Positions 30,867 through 41,511 of a stretch of DNA of 64,000 nucleotides are shown here, in pieces. A program made the translations under genes and the position numbers. Numbering within the stretch: the first letter of the stretch is position 1; every line of letters starts with the position of its first letter. The DNA is from Roseiarcus sp. (lineage in GTDB: Bacteria > Pseudomonadota > Alphaproteobacteria > Rhizobiales > Beijerinckiaceae): NCBI GenBank assembly GCA_050012775.1, contig JBEKGN010000028.1, positions 559 to 64,558 on the forward strand. The letters run 5' to 3'. The notes beneath the pieces are model-generated. The model did no database searches and was not told the DNA's origin. It saw nothing but the letters and a program-made list of their open reading frames with translations.

Positions 30867-31161
30867 CGGATAGCCCTGTTTCCTCGCGACACGGATGTCA
30901 TGTCGACCGGCCGAGAGCGCCGAGCGGGGGGAAGGCGGGGAGACGATCCAAGCCGCCATCAGCGACAAGCGCCGTCGAACGGCCGGTTTCCACCTTTGCA
31001 GAAATTCAGACCGAGACGCTGCCCGCGCACCGTCGCGATTGACTTGTCCCTGCATTCCATGGAAAATCCGCGGCTCGATCCGTTCGCCGGCAAGAGGCCG
31101 GCCGATGGGCCGCGTCGTTTCTTCAACAATCCGCCGTTTCAACAATTCGAGGAGAGCAGCC

Positions 31162-31701
31162 ATTCGTCGTCCCATGAAGTCGACCGCGGCGCCGGAGAAA
31201 GGCGGGCCCCGCGTCAACCGCGATATTCGCGCCGTCCAAGTGCAGCTCATCGACGCCGAAGGCCTCAATCGCGGCGTCGTCAATGTCGCCGAAGCGCAGC
31301 AATTGGCCGACGAGGCCGCTCTCGACCTCGTGGAGATCGTGCCGAACGCCAGCCCGCCGGTGTGCAAGATTCTCGATTTCGGCAAGTTCCGCTTCCTCGA
31401 ACAGAAGAAATCCTCCGAGCAGCGCAAGCGCCAGAAGATCGTCGAGATCAAGGAGATCAAGCTGCGCCCCGGCATCGACGATCACGACTACGAAGTGAAG
31501 ATGCGCTCGGTGCGCCGCTTCTTCGAGGAGGGCGACAAGGTCAAGGTGACCCTGCGCTTCCGCGGCCGCGAAATGGCGCATCAGGACATCGGCTACAAAC
31601 TCCTGCAGCGGGTGAGGACGGAAACGGCGCCGATCGCCAAGGTCGAGGCCGAGCCGCTGATGGAAGGCCGTCAGATGGTGATGGTGCTCGCGCCGAAATA
31701 G
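31162..31701 (+). CDS. infC: translation initiation factor IF-3 (ATT start)
   Basis: IF-3 N and C domains ([16 protein letters not shown]..., [18 protein letters not shown]). SD GAGGAG at 31149-31154 sits 7 nt before the in-frame ATT at 31162. The first ATG (31174) is 19 nt from the SD. The long upstream ORF extension from 30895 is junk. Confidence 0.88.
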   Translation: MRRPMKSTAAPEKGGPRVNRDIRAVQVQLIDAEGLNRGVVNVAEAQQLADEAALDLVEIVPNASPPVCKILDFGKFRFLEQKKSSEQRKRQKIVEIKEIKLRPGIDDHDYEVKMRSVRRFFEEGDKVKVTLRFRGREMAHQDIGYKLLQRVRTETAPIAKVEAEPLMEGRQMVMVLAPK

Positions 31702-31821
31702 CGCCGCCGCCGCCCGGCCCCTCATCACAATGCCTTGAGCGGCCCGATTCGAGCCTTGGCGCCGCGAACCGCATGGCGCTAGGGAACAATCTTCGGCGCG
31801 CCCGGGGTCGGGCGAGCCGCG

Positions 31822-33075
31822 TTGAAACGAGAAATTCCCTTGACCCTTGCCCGAAATCCCGCCCGCGCCGGCGTCGACGATCTCACTTTCAGCGCGGCCA
31901 GCCGCGCCGCGCAGGCCACCTCCTACGGCATTCTCTTCGCCGCCAGCGGCTCGCACATGCTCAACGACATGATGCAGTCGCTCGCCCCGGCGCTGTATCC
32001 GGTGTTTCGCGAGCAGCTCTCGCTGTCGTTTTTCCAGACCGGACTGATCACCTTCACCTTCCAGGTCACCGCCTCGCTGCTGCAGCCGTTGATCGGTCTC
32101 TTCACCGACCGGCGCCCGGTGACCTACGCCCTGCCCTCGGCGATGGCCTTCACGCTGGCCGGCCTCGTGGTGCTGGCGTTCGGCTGGAGCTATCCGCTGT
32201 TGCTGACTGCGGTGGCGATGATCGGCGTCGGCAGCGCGATTTTTCACCCCGAGGCGTCGCGCGCGGCGCGGGCGGCCTCCGGCGGGCGCTACGGCTTCGC
32301 GCAGAGCCTGTTCCAGGTCGGCGGCAATTTCGGGCAGTCGCTCGGGCCGCTGATGGCGGCGTTCATCGTCGTTCCCTTCGGCCAGCGTTCGGTGTTGGCG
32401 TTCACCGTGCTCGCCTTCGCCGCCATTCTCATCCTGACCCGCATCGCCCAATGGCACGCCGCCCATCGCGCCGCGCGCAGGGCGTTGGCCGCGCCGCACG
32501 CCTCCTCGCTGCCGCGCGCGCAGGTGGTCCGCACGATGATCATCCTGGTCGTGCTGGTCTTTTCGAAAGTGTTCTATCTCTCGAGCCTGCAGAGCTATTA
32601 CACGTTCTACCTCATCCAGACCTTCCATGTTTCCGTGCAGGCCTCGCAGGTCATGCTGTTCGTCTTCCTCGGCGCCGTCGCCGCGGGAACCTACGCGGGC
32701 GGGCCGATCGGCGATCGTTACGGGCGTAAGTTCGTGATCTGGCTGTCGATCCTCGGGGTGCTGCCGTTCACCCTGCTGCTGCCGCATCTCGGCCTTGTCG
32801 GCACGATCCTCGACAGCGTCGCGGTCGGCCTCGTCCTCGCCTCGGCGTTCTCGGCCATCGTCGTCTATGCGCAGGAACTGGCGCCCGGCAACGTCGGCGC
32901 GATCGCCGGCCTGTTCTTCGGCCTTTCGTTCGGCCTGGGCGGCATCGGCGCGGCGCTGCTCGGCGCGCTCGCCGATCGCACCAGCCTGACCTTCGTCTAT
33001 CAGATCTGCGCCTTCCTGCCGGCGATCGGCCTGCTGACCTATTTCCTCCCGGACGTGCGCTCGCGGCGGCTCTGA
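31822..33075 (+). CDS. MFS transporter (Fsr/fosmidomycin-resistance-like family)
   Basis: 417 aa with about 12 TM segments. HMLNDMMQSLAPALYP and LIGLFTDRRP motifs. Confidence 0.85.
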   Translation: MKREIPLTLARNPARAGVDDLTFSAASRAAQATSYGILFAASGSHMLNDMMQSLAPALYPVFREQLSLSFFQTGLITFTFQVTASLLQPLIGLFTDRRPVTYALPSAMAFTLAGLVVLAFGWSYPLLLTAVAMIGVGSAIFHPEASRAARAASGGRYGFAQSLFQVGGNFGQSLGPLMAAFIVVPFGQRSVLAFTVLAFAAILILTRIAQWHAAHRAARRALAAPHASSLPRAQVVRTMIILVVLVFSKVFYLSSLQSYYTFYLIQTFHVSVQASQVMLFVFLGAVAAGTYAGGPIGDRYGRKFVIWLSILGVLPFTLLLPHLGLVGTILDSVAVGLVLASAFSAIVVYAQELAPGNVGAIAGLFFGLSFGLGGIGAALLGALADRTSLTFVYQICAFLPAIGLLTYFLPDVRSRRL

Positions 33076-33116
33076 GGCGGCGCCGGCGCGACGACGAAAT
33101 TCCGCCACAATGCCCC

Positions 33117-33146
33117 CTCATGAGAATGAACGTTCATTTTCATGAG
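33117..33146. promoter_or_regulatory. 30-bp near-perfect palindrome, probable TetR operator
   Basis: CTCATGAGAATGAAC|GTTCATTTTCATGAG, with 14/15 symmetric positions. The core AATGAACGTTCATT is perfect. It lies immediately upstream of the tetR-MFP-RND operon. Confidence 0.55.
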
Positions 33147-33152
33147 GTTTCC

Positions 33153-33794
33153 ATGTCTCTGGCGCAGGCTCCCTCCTCCAAGCGGGCTTCGGAGGCCGAT
33201 CGGCACGACCTGATCGTCGCCGCGGCCGAGCGGGCCTTCGTGCGCCACGGCTTCCACGCCGCGACGATGCAGCAGGTCGCCGACGAGGCCGGCATGAGCG
33301 CCGGCAATCTCTATCGCTACTTCCCGTCGAAGGAGGCCATCGTCGAGGGCATTTGCGCGCGCGATCAGCGCGAGCGCGCCGTCGCCTTCGCCACTCTGGT
33401 CGGCGGCGACGGCGTTCTGGCCACGCTCGCCGCAATGCTGCGCGACCATCTGCTCGCCAAGCCGCGCGAGAAGGCGATCATGTTCGTCGAGATCACGGCC
33501 GAGGCGGCGCGCAATCCCCGCATCGCCGCGATGACGCTCGCCATCGACGCCGACGTTCTGCGCGGGCTCGCCATGCTCGTCGAGGCCGCCAAGGCCAAAG
33601 GCGAGGCCGCCGCGTCGCTCGACGCGGAATTCGCCGCGCGCGTCGTCTTCACTCTCGTGTCCGGCCTGTTCAAACGCCGCGCGCTGGAGCCGGATTTCGA
33701 TTGCGAGGCCGAGGCGGCGATGGCCACCGGCGTCCTGCGAGCGCTGTTCGCCGGCGCGATCGCGCCCTTTACCGCCCTTGTGGAGTCGCGCTGA
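33153..33794 (+). CDS. TetR/AcrR-family transcriptional repressor
   Basis: HTH FVRHGFHAATMQQVADEAGMSAGNLYRYFPSKEAI. Start moved to 33153 because a 30-bp palindrome covers the two upstream ATGs. Confidence 0.85.
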   Translation: MSLAQAPSSKRASEADRHDLIVAAAERAFVRHGFHAATMQQVADEAGMSAGNLYRYFPSKEAIVEGICARDQRERAVAFATLVGGDGVLATLAAMLRDHLLAKPREKAIMFVEITAEAARNPRIAAMTLAIDADVLRGLAMLVEAAKAKGEAAASLDAEFAARVVFTLVSGLFKRRALEPDFDCEAEAAMATGVLRALFAGAIAPFTALVESR

Positions 33795-35074
33795 TGCGCC
33801 GCGCGTTCATTGTCGTAGCCGTCGTGGCCGTGGCCGGCCTCGCCGCGCTCGGCGCCTTCCGCTATTTCGCATCCTGCGCGCCGGTCCCCGCGCCGCTCGC
33901 CAAGCTCGGGCTCTCTTCGGCCGCGAAGTGCTCGGCTCCCGCCGCGCCCGTCGGCGCCGCCGCGGCCGAGACGCCTCGCCTCGTCGAGCCGCCGACGGTG
34001 ACTGTCGCGACCGGCGCACAACGCGAATTCGTCGACCGGCTGTTCGTCTCCGGGACGCTCGTCGCGCGCGAGGACGCGCTCGTCGCGGCGCGGGTCGACG
34101 GTCTGGCGATCGTCGAACTCGACGCCGAGGACGGCGACACGGTCGCGGCCGGACAGGTTCTCGCGCGGCTCGATCGCAGCCAACTCGACGCCCAGCTCGC
34201 GCAGAACGACGCGGCGACCGCCCGCGCCGACGCGGCGATCGCCCAGGCGCAAAGCCAGATCGAACAGTTCGAGGCCCAACTCGGCTTGGCGAGCGACGAC
34301 TCCGACCGCGCGCACAGGCTCGGCGGTCAAGTCATGGCGGCCGCGACGATCGAGCAACGCGAAGTCGCCGTGAGGACCACCGGAGCGCAGCTCGCCGCAG
34401 CCAAGAACGGGCTCGCGCTCGCGCGCGCCGATCGCAAGAGCCGCGACGCCGAGCGTCAGGAACTGCTGGTGCGCATCGCGCGGACGGAGGTCAAGGCGCC
34501 CGTCGCCGGCCTCGTCAGCCGCCGCACGGCGCGGCTCGGCGCGACCGTTTCGAGCGTCGGCGAGCCGCTGTTCCGCATCATAAGGGACGGCGCGGTCGAC
34601 CTCGAGGCGGACGTGCCTGAGCAGTCGCTGGCGCGTCTCGCCATCGGCATGCCGGCGAAGCTGCGCCTGCCCGGCGTCGCGGAGGAGGCCGACGGCGTGG
34701 TCCGGCTCGTCAGCGAGGAAGTCGACAAAGCGAGCCGCACCGGCAAGGCGCGCATCGCGCTCGCCGCGGGCGCGCCGGCGCGCATCGGTTCGTTCGCCTC
34801 GGGCGAAATCGAGATCGCGCGCAGCCAGGGCGTCGGCATTCCCGCCAGCGCCGTGCAGCGCGAAGCCGCCAGCGCGCGCGCGCTCGTCGTGCGCGACGGA
34901 ATCGTCGAACTGCGGCGCGTCACGGTGGGAATCGCCGAGGGCGAGGCGCTGGAGATTATGAGCGGCGTCGCGCCGGGCGAACGCGTCGTGGCGCGCGCGG
35001 CCGCTTTCCTGCGCTCTGGGGACCGCGTGCGCGCTACGCTCGCCGCCGCCGCCCCCGCGGCAGCCGCGCCATGA
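33794..35074 (+). CDS. efflux RND periplasmic adaptor (membrane fusion protein)
   Basis: Start MRRAFIVVAVVAVAGLAAL (signal/anchor) overlaps the tetR stop (TGATG). Coiled-coil hairpin region and beta-barrel blocks (VKAPVAGLVSRR). Confidence 0.88.
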   Translation: MRRAFIVVAVVAVAGLAALGAFRYFASCAPVPAPLAKLGLSSAAKCSAPAAPVGAAAAETPRLVEPPTVTVATGAQREFVDRLFVSGTLVAREDALVAARVDGLAIVELDAEDGDTVAAGQVLARLDRSQLDAQLAQNDAATARADAAIAQAQSQIEQFEAQLGLASDDSDRAHRLGGQVMAAATIEQREVAVRTTGAQLAAAKNGLALARADRKSRDAERQELLVRIARTEVKAPVAGLVSRRTARLGATVSSVGEPLFRIIRDGAVDLEADVPEQSLARLAIGMPAKLRLPGVAEEADGVVRLVSEEVDKASRTGKARIALAAGAPARIGSFASGEIEIARSQGVGIPASAVQREAASARALVVRDGIVELRRVTVGIAEGEALEIMSGVAPGERVVARAAAFLRSGDRVRATLAAAAPAAAAP

Positions 35075-38000
35075 GGATCAACGTCTCCGCGTGGTCGGTC
35101 CGGCGCCCGATTCCCGCCATCGTCGCTTTCGCCGTGCTGACGTTGCTCGGATTCGTCAGCTTCCATCGGATGGCGATCACGAAACTTCCCAATATCGACA
35201 TTCCGATCGTCGAGATCGCGATCACTCAGTCGGGCGCGGCGCCCTCGGAACTGGAGTCGCAGATCACCAAGAAGGTCGAGGACGCCGTCTCGAATCTCAA
35301 CGGCGTCTGGCACATGATCTCGACCGTGACCGACGGCTCCTCGGTAACGATCGTCCAGTTCAACGTCGGCTCGGTCGACATCGACCGCGCGCTCAACGAC
35401 GTGAAGGACCAGATCGCGAAAATCCGCAGCGATCTGCCGCGCACGATCGACGAGCCGATCGTCAGCCGCCTCGACGTCGAAGGCCTGCCGATCGTCGTCT
35501 ACGCCGCCTCGGCGCCGGGCATGACTGTCGAGCAATTGTCCTGGTTCATCGACGATACGGTGGCGCGCGAACTCCAGAGCGTCAAAGGCGTCGGCGAGGT
35601 CAAGCGCGCCGGCGGCGTCGATCGCGAAATCCGCGTCGCGCTCGACCCGGAGAAGCTGCTCGCGCTCGGCGTGACGGCCGCGACCGTCAACGCACAGGTG
35701 CGCGCCGACAATATCGACCTGGGCGGCGGACGCGGTCAGATCGCCGGCCAGGAACAGGCGATCCGCACGCTCGCGGGCGCGCATGCGGTCGGCGATCTCG
35801 CGGCGTTGCCGATCGCGCTGCCCGGCGGGCGCAAGGTGCGGCTCGACGAACTGGGGACGGTCACCGACGGCGCCGCCGAGCCGCGCACCTTCACGCGGCT
35901 GTTCGACGAGCCGATCGTCGCCTTCGGCGTCACGCGCGCCAAGGGCGCCAGCGACGTCACCGTCGACCGCCTCCTCGCCGAGCGGCTCCAGCGCGTTCAC
36001 GCCGAGCACCCGGAGGTGGCGTTCACCAAGGTCGACACGCAGGTCGACAACGAACTGGGCAATTATTCCTCGACCATGGAGACCCTGATCGAGGGCGCGC
36101 TGCTCGCGGTCATCGTGGTGCTGGCGTTCCTGCGCGACCTGCGCGCGACGCTGGTCACCGCCGTCGCCCTGCCGCTGTCGATCATTCCCACGTTCTGGGC
36201 GATGGACGCGATCGGCTTCTCGCTCAATCTCGTCAGCCTGCTCGCGATCACGCTCGTGACTGGCATTCTCGTCGACGACGCGATCGTCGAGATTGAGAAC
36301 ATCGTGCGGCACATGCGCATGGGCAAGTCGGCCTATCGCGCCTCGCTGGAGGCCGCCGACGAGATCGGGCTGGCGGTCATCGCCATTTCGCTCACCATCG
36401 TCGCGATCTTCTCGCCCGTGAGCTTCATGAGCGGCATCGCCGGCCAATATTTCCGTCAGTTCGGCCTCACCGTCGCGATCGCGGTGATCTTTTCGCTGCT
36501 CGTCGCGCGCTTCATCACGCCGGTGATATCAGCCTATTTCCTGCGCGCGCCCGACGAGCCGACGCATCGCGACGGCGCGATCATGCGATTCTACACGCGG
36601 CTCGTGCGCGCCTCGGTGCGCCACCGCTGGATCACACTCGCGGCGGGCGTCATGATCTTCGTGGCTTCGCTGATGTCGACCAAGCTCCTGCCCTCGGGCT
36701 TCCTGCCGCCCGACGACCAGGGCCGCGTGCTGCTGGCGATCGAACTGCCGCCGGGCTCGCTGCTCGCCGACACCGACCGCGTCACCCGCTCGATCTCCGA
36801 CGAATTGCGGGCGATGCCCGAAGTGCGCTCGGCGCTGATCTACGGCGGACAGATCCTGGGCGGCGGCGCGGAGCCGCGCAAGGCGACGTTCGTCGTCAAT
36901 TTCGTCAACAAGAGGGAGCGGGCGGCGAGCCAGAAGGACTTGCAGGCGCGCATCGGCGCGATGCTCGCGAGCACGCCCGACATTCGCTATTGGTTCGTCA
37001 AGGACAACGGCCAGCGCGACCTCTCGCTCATCGTCGCCGGGCCGGACATCGACGCGATCAACGACACGGCGAACCAGCTCGCCAGCGAGATGCGCTCGAT
37101 CCCGACGATCGAGAATCCCATTTCCACCGCGGAACTCGATCGGCCGGAGCTGCGCATCGAACCCAAGCGCCAGCTCGCCGCCGATCTCGGCGTCTCGACC
37201 GAAGCCCTGTCCGAGACGATCCGCGTCGCCACGCTCGGCGACATCGACGCCAATCTCGCCAAGTTCAACGCGGGCGACCGCCTCGTTCCCATCCGCGTCG
37301 AACTCGACGAGGCGGCGCGGCAGGATATCGGGCGGCTGCGCGATCTGCGCGTGGCGACCGCTTCGGGCGGCGCCGTGCCGCTTTCGGTGGTCGCCGACTT
37401 CTCGATCGACCACGGCCCGACGGCGATCAACCGCTACGACCGCACGCGCCGCGTCACTATCGAAGGCGACCTCAGCGGCGAGGCGGCGCTGGGCGACGCG
37501 GTGGCGGCCGTTCGCGCGCTGCCGACGGCACGCAAATTGCCGCCGGGCGTCGAGATTCGCGAGACCGGCGACGTCGAGGTGATGAGCGAGGTGTTCCAGT
37601 CGTTCGCCGAAGCGATCGGCGCGGGCGTCATGATGGTCTACGTCGTGCTCGTGCTGCTGTTCGGCAGCTTCCTGCAGCCGATCACCATTCTCGTGTCGCT
37701 GCCGCTGTCGATCGGCGGCGCCATCGGCGCGCTGCTGCTGACGCACAAGGCGATGTCGATGCCGGTCGTCATCGGCATTCTGATGCTGATGGGCATCGTC
37801 ACCAAGAACGCGATCATGCTCGTCGACTTCGCGCTCGAGGAGATCGGGCGGGGAACGCCGCGCCTGGAAGCGCTGGTCGAGGCGGGCCGCAAACGCGCGC
37901 GGCCGATCATCATGACGACGATTGCGATGGCCGCGGGCATGTTCCCCTCGGCGCTCGGCCTCGGCGACGGCGGCGGTTTCCGCTCGCCGATGGCGATCGC

Positions 38001-38202
38001 GGTCACCGGCGGACTCATCGCCTCGACGCTGCTCTCGCTCGTCTTCGTGCCGGCCGTGTTCACCCTCGCCGACGACACCGGGCGCCTGGCGTGGCGTCTT
38101 CTCGGACGCTTCGTCGGCGCGACGGACGAAACCGCGCACGCGCCGCAGACGCGCCCTGCCCCGAGGGCCGAGCCGGAAGGCCTGCCGGCGGCGGCGGAGT
38201 AA
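35071..38202 (+). CDS. efflux RND permease (AcrB/HAE1-like)
   Basis: 1043 aa with 12 TM segments and two large periplasmic loops. The start overlaps the MFP stop (ATGA). Confidence 0.95.
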   Translation: MRINVSAWSVRRPIPAIVAFAVLTLLGFVSFHRMAITKLPNIDIPIVEIAITQSGAAPSELESQITKKVEDAVSNLNGVWHMISTVTDGSSVTIVQFNVGSVDIDRALNDVKDQIAKIRSDLPRTIDEPIVSRLDVEGLPIVVYAASAPGMTVEQLSWFIDDTVARELQSVKGVGEVKRAGGVDREIRVALDPEKLLALGVTAATVNAQVRADNIDLGGGRGQIAGQEQAIRTLAGAHAVGDLAALPIALPGGRKVRLDELGTVTDGAAEPRTFTRLFDEPIVAFGVTRAKGASDVTVDRLLAERLQRVHAEHPEVAFTKVDTQVDNELGNYSSTMETLIEGALLAVIVVLAFLRDLRATLVTAVALPLSIIPTFWAMDAIGFSLNLVSLLAITLVTGILVDDAIVEIENIVRHMRMGKSAYRASLEAADEIGLAVIAISLTIVAIFSPVSFMSGIAGQYFRQFGLTVAIAVIFSLLVARFITPVISAYFLRAPDEPTHRDGAIMRFYTRLVRASVRHRWITLAAGVMIFVASLMSTKLLPSGFLPPDDQGRVLLAIELPPGSLLADTDRVTRSISDELRAMPEVRSALIYGGQILGGGAEPRKATFVVNFVNKRERAASQKDLQARIGAMLASTPDIRYWFVKDNGQRDLSLIVAGPDIDAINDTANQLASEMRSIPTIENPISTAELDRPELRIEPKRQLAADLGVSTEALSETIRVATLGDIDANLAKFNAGDRLVPIRVELDEAARQDIGRLRDLRVATASGGAVPLSVVADFSIDHGPTAINRYDRTRRVTIEGDLSGEAALGDAVAAVRALPTARKLPPGVEIRETGDVEVMSEVFQSFAEAIGAGVMMVYVVLVLLFGSFLQPITILVSLPLSIGGAIGALLLTHKAMSMPVVIGILMLMGIVTKNAIMLVDFALEEIGRGTPRLEALVEAGRKRARPIIMTTIAMAAGMFPSALGLGDGGGFRSPMAIAVTGGLIASTLLSLVFVPAVFTLADDTGRLAWRLLGRFVGATDETAHAPQTRPAPRAEPEGLPAAAE

Positions 38203-38211
38203 GCGCGCCGC

Positions 38212-38925
38212 TCATCCGTTCGAACCGAGCCCCGCGAACAGCGCAGGCAGCGCTCCGATGTCGTCGACCACGTAATCCGCGTGCGGCTCCAGCGCGTCGC
38301 GATCGGCCGGCCCGCTCAACACGGCGACCGCCAGCGCGCCGGCGGCGCGCGCCGCGTCGAGATCGTGGCGCGAATCTCCGACCATCGCGATCCGCGACGG
38401 CGCGACGCCGAGATGGCGCGCGAACGCCAGCACCATGCCGGGATCGGGCTTGCCGCCATGGCCGGAATCGTAGCCGGCGACGAATTCGATCGTCTCTTCG
38501 AGACCGAGCGCCGCGATCTGCCGCCGCGCGCTTTGCTCGGAGTCGTTGGTGCCGACGCCGAGGCGAAGGCCCATCGCCTTGAGCGCGCCGAGCGCCTGCG
38601 CGGGCTCGCCGATCGGCGTCAGGGCCTTCAGCGATTCGACGGCGGTCAGATGGTCGATCTCGCGCTTCAGCGCGGCGAAATCCGTCCGCCCGAGCGATTC
38701 GCCCCACGATCGGCCGTAGCTCGCCGACGATCCCGCGATCAGCGGCGAGGTGGGGCGGAACCGCTTCTCGCCGAGCGAGAAATGCAGGATCTCGGCCTGG
38801 GCGCGCATCAGTTCGGGATCGCCGGCGGCGAGGGCGTGAATGACCGCGTGCGTCGCCGGCCCCCAGGTCTCGTGGAAGTCGATCAACGTGCCGTCTTTGT
38901 CGAGGAGAACTCCGAGAACGGACAT
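38212..38925 (-). CDS. HAD-superfamily hydrolase (subfamily IA-like)
   Basis: 237 aa. LLDKDGTLID motif I, GVGTNDS motif II, VGDSRHD motif IV. Confidence 0.85.
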   Translation of the reverse strand: MSVLGVLLDKDGTLIDFHETWGPATHAVIHALAAGDPELMRAQAEILHFSLGEKRFRPTSPLIAGSSASYGRSWGESLGRTDFAALKREIDHLTAVESLKALTPIGEPAQALGALKAMGLRLGVGTNDSEQSARRQIAALGLEETIEFVAGYDSGHGGKPDPGMVLAFARHLGVAPSRIAMVGDSRHDLDAARAAGALAVAVLSGPADRDALEPHADYVVDDIGALPALFAGLGSNG

Positions 38926-39101
38926 GGCGGCCTCCGGCGTTTTTCACATTCCCGCTTCGCGATTCGCGCAACGAGCGCGGCGGGCCTCAATTGGCCGCGA
39001 TTCATCCTTTAAATCGCCCTTAACGGATTTCATTCAGCTTGTCTTCATTGGCGCGGCGCCGAGACGAACGGCGCCGGGCGAACGAGTCATCGAGTGTCCC
39101 C

Positions 39102-39311
39102 ATGCGTCACGATCTCACCGCCATTCCCGACGTTATCGAGGCCAGAGCCGGCCGCAGCCGACTCCTTTCCCGGCTCTACCGCGACATCGGCCTCGCCGCC
39201 GTCGCCGCCGAGTTCGAACTTCCCGTCGCGGATTTCGATCCCGAGCTGGGCGAAGCTCTCGAGCGCGGAGCGCGCTATCTCGCTCCGCCGAAACTCGTCC
39301 TCGCTTCCTGA
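39102..39311 (+). CDS. hypothetical small protein
   Basis: 69 aa from MRHDLTAIPDV. High GC3 in this frame, no family recognised. Confidence 0.3.
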   Translation: MRHDLTAIPDVIEARAGRSRLLSRLYRDIGLAAVAAEFELPVADFDPELGEALERGARYLAPPKLVLAS

Positions 39312-39378
39312 GCGGGGCGATCCTCCTAGAAATCGGACCGGGGCGCGGGGGCGCATCGAACACCCAGGCGTTTCGACC

Positions 39379-40290
39379 ATGCTGGTTACGCGTCGCCGAC
39401 TCCTGACCGGCCTCGGCGCCTTCGCGGCGACGGCCGGCTTCGCCGGCTACGCCACGGCCTTCGAGGCGGGCTGGGAGCTCGCGCTGACCTCCTATGCGCT
39501 GACCCCGCCGCGATGGCCCGCCGGCCTCGATCTCAAGATCGCCGTCATCGCCGACATCCACGCCTGCTATCCCTGGATGTCGGAGGAGCGCGTCGGCGCC
39601 ATCGTCGATCTGGCCAACGCGCAGCGACCGGACCTGACGGTGCTGCTCGGCGATTTCGTCTGCACGCATCGCTTCGTCAGCGGCTACGTCCCGCCCGGCG
39701 CGTGGGCCGAACAGCTCGCGCGTTTGCAGGCGCCGCTCGGCGTCTATTCGATCCTCGGCAATCATGATTGGTGGTCCGCCGCCATTCCCACCGACCCGCC
39801 CGACGGATCGCGCAGCGTCCGACGCGCGCTCGCCGAGGCGCGCATTCCCCTGCTCGAGAATCAATCGATCCAGCTCGCCCGAAACGGCCGGCCGTTCTGG
39901 TTGATCGGCCTCGGCGACCAATTGGCCAGGAACGGTCGCCGTCTCGGATTGCACGGGGTCGACGATCTCGCCGGCGCCCTGCGCGAGGTCGACGACGACG
40001 CGCCCGCGATTCTGCTCGCCCACGAACCCTATGTTTTTCCGCGCGTGCCGGAGCGGATCGCCTTGACGCTTTGCGGCCATACCCACGGCGGCCAGATCAA
40101 TCTGCCGCTGCTCGGGTCGCCGTTCGTGCGTTCTCCCCGCGGCCAGAAGCCCTATGTCTACGGCGTCTATTCCGAGGGGGCGCGCCAGCTCGTCGTCTCC
40201 GGAGGCCTCGGCACGTCGCTCGCGCCGGTGCGCATCCTGCGGCCTCCGGAAGTCGTGACGCTCGATCTCGGGGGAACGGCGGGCGCCTAG
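39379..40290 (+). CDS. Tat-signal metallophosphoesterase
   Basis: [25 protein letters not shown] twin-arginine leader. IADIHAC, LGDFV, GNHDWW and GHTHGGQ metallophosphatase motifs. Confidence 0.85.
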   Translation: MLVTRRRLLTGLGAFAATAGFAGYATAFEAGWELALTSYALTPPRWPAGLDLKIAVIADIHACYPWMSEERVGAIVDLANAQRPDLTVLLGDFVCTHRFVSGYVPPGAWAEQLARLQAPLGVYSILGNHDWWSAAIPTDPPDGSRSVRRALAEARIPLLENQSIQLARNGRPFWLIGLGDQLARNGRRLGLHGVDDLAGALREVDDDAPAILLAHEPYVFPRVPERIALTLCGHTHGGQINLPLLGSPFVRSPRGQKPYVYGVYSEGARQLVVSGGLGTSLAPVRILRPPEVVTLDLGGTAGA

Positions 40291-41489
40291 GCGGGATTGG
40301 CGCGCGCCTGCCCCTCCAGCCAAGCGAAGGTTCGCATGATTCCGCGCAATTCGGCGAGCCCCTTCAATCGCCCGACGCAGGAATAGCCGGGGTTGATCCG
40401 CTCCTTGCCGACGTCGTCGGCGAGCAGATGGCCGTGATCGGGGCGCATCGGAATCTCCGCGTCGGCGCGGCCTTGCCCCCGGCGGCCGCTTTCCTCGCGC
40501 AGCAGCGCATGGACGAGCGCCACCATGTCCGTCGCGCCGTCGAGATGCTCGGCTTCGGTAAAGGAGCCGTCGGCCTCGCGCGCGACGTTGCGCAGATGAG
40601 CGAAATGAATGCGCGAGCCGAACGCCTCGGCCATCGCGACGAGATCATTGTCGGCGCGCGCGCCCAGGGAGCCGGAGCACAGCGTCATCCCGTTGGCGGG
40701 GCTTTCCACGGCCTCGAACAGCGCCCGAAAGTCCGCGGCGGTCGAGACGACGCGCGGAAGCCCGAACAGCGAAAACGGCGGATCGTCCGGGTGAATCGCC
40801 AATCGCGCGCCGACATCCTCGGCCACCGGCGCGACCTCCCTAAGGAACGCGACGAGATTGGCGCGCATGTCATCGGGGGTGAGCGCGTCGAATTCGTGCA
40901 GCGCTTGAGAAAACTGCTCGCGCGTGTAGGCCGCCTGCCGCGCCGGCATGCCGCCGATGACGTTCTTCTCGATGACCGCCAACGCCTCGCCGTCGAGGCG
41001 CTTCAATCGCCCTCGCGCCGCCTCGAGCGCGTCGGCGGAATAATTCGCCTCGGCCCCCGGCCGCCGGAGAACGAAAACGTCATAGGCGACGAACGACGCC
41101 ATGTCGAAGCGCAGCGCGAAGCCCGTCGAGGGCAACGGATATTTCAGGTCCGTCCGGGTCCAGTCGACCACCGGCATGAAGTTGTAGCAGACGGTCGAAA
41201 CGCCCGCCTTCGCGAGATTGGCGAGGCTGTCCTTCCAGGCGTCGATTTCACGCCGGTAAGGACCCTCGCGCAGCTTGATCGCGCTCGGGACCGGAATCGA
41301 CTCGCAGACGTCCCAGCTCAGATCAGCCGCTTCGATGGCGCGCTTGCGCGCCATCACCTCGTCGGGGCTCCAGGCTCGCCCGTCGTAGATGTGATGGAGC
41401 GCGCTGACGACGCCGCGGGCGCCCGCCTGCTTGGCGTTGTCCAATGTGACGGGATCGTCGGGCCCGAACCAGCGCCATGTCTCCTTCAC
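40287..41489 (-). CDS. uxuA: mannonate dehydratase
   Basis: 400 aa. The [17 protein letters not shown]-terminus is characteristic of UxuA. The stop overlaps the convergent phosphoesterase stop (CTAG). Confidence 0.9.
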   Translation of the reverse strand: MKETWRWFGPDDPVTLDNAKQAGARGVVSALHHIYDGRAWSPDEVMARKRAIEAADLSWDVCESIPVPSAIKLREGPYRREIDAWKDSLANLAKAGVSTVCYNFMPVVDWTRTDLKYPLPSTGFALRFDMASFVAYDVFVLRRPGAEANYSADALEAARGRLKRLDGEALAVIEKNVIGGMPARQAAYTREQFSQALHEFDALTPDDMRANLVAFLREVAPVAEDVGARLAIHPDDPPFSLFGLPRVVSTAADFRALFEAVESPANGMTLCSGSLGARADNDLVAMAEAFGSRIHFAHLRNVAREADGSFTEAEHLDGATDMVALVHALLREESGRRGQGRADAEIPMRPDHGHLLADDVGKERINPGYSCVGRLKGLAELRGIMRTFAWLEGQARANPA

Positions 41490-41511
41490 GAGCCGCTCCG
41501 TCGCCCGGCGC

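Noticed and set aside
30895-31161. Long N-terminal extensions suggested by the ORF track: infC from 30895, the outer-membrane protein to 53754, fixJ to 45805, ccmB to 10220, modB from 42002, modC from 42229, the MFP from 33353, and others.
   Set aside because: The extensions are Arg/Pro/Gly-rich with no homology-like signal. They often overlap the preceding gene. The internal starts give canonical lengths, coupled start/stop overlaps (ATGA, GTGA, TGATG), signal peptides or SD sequences.
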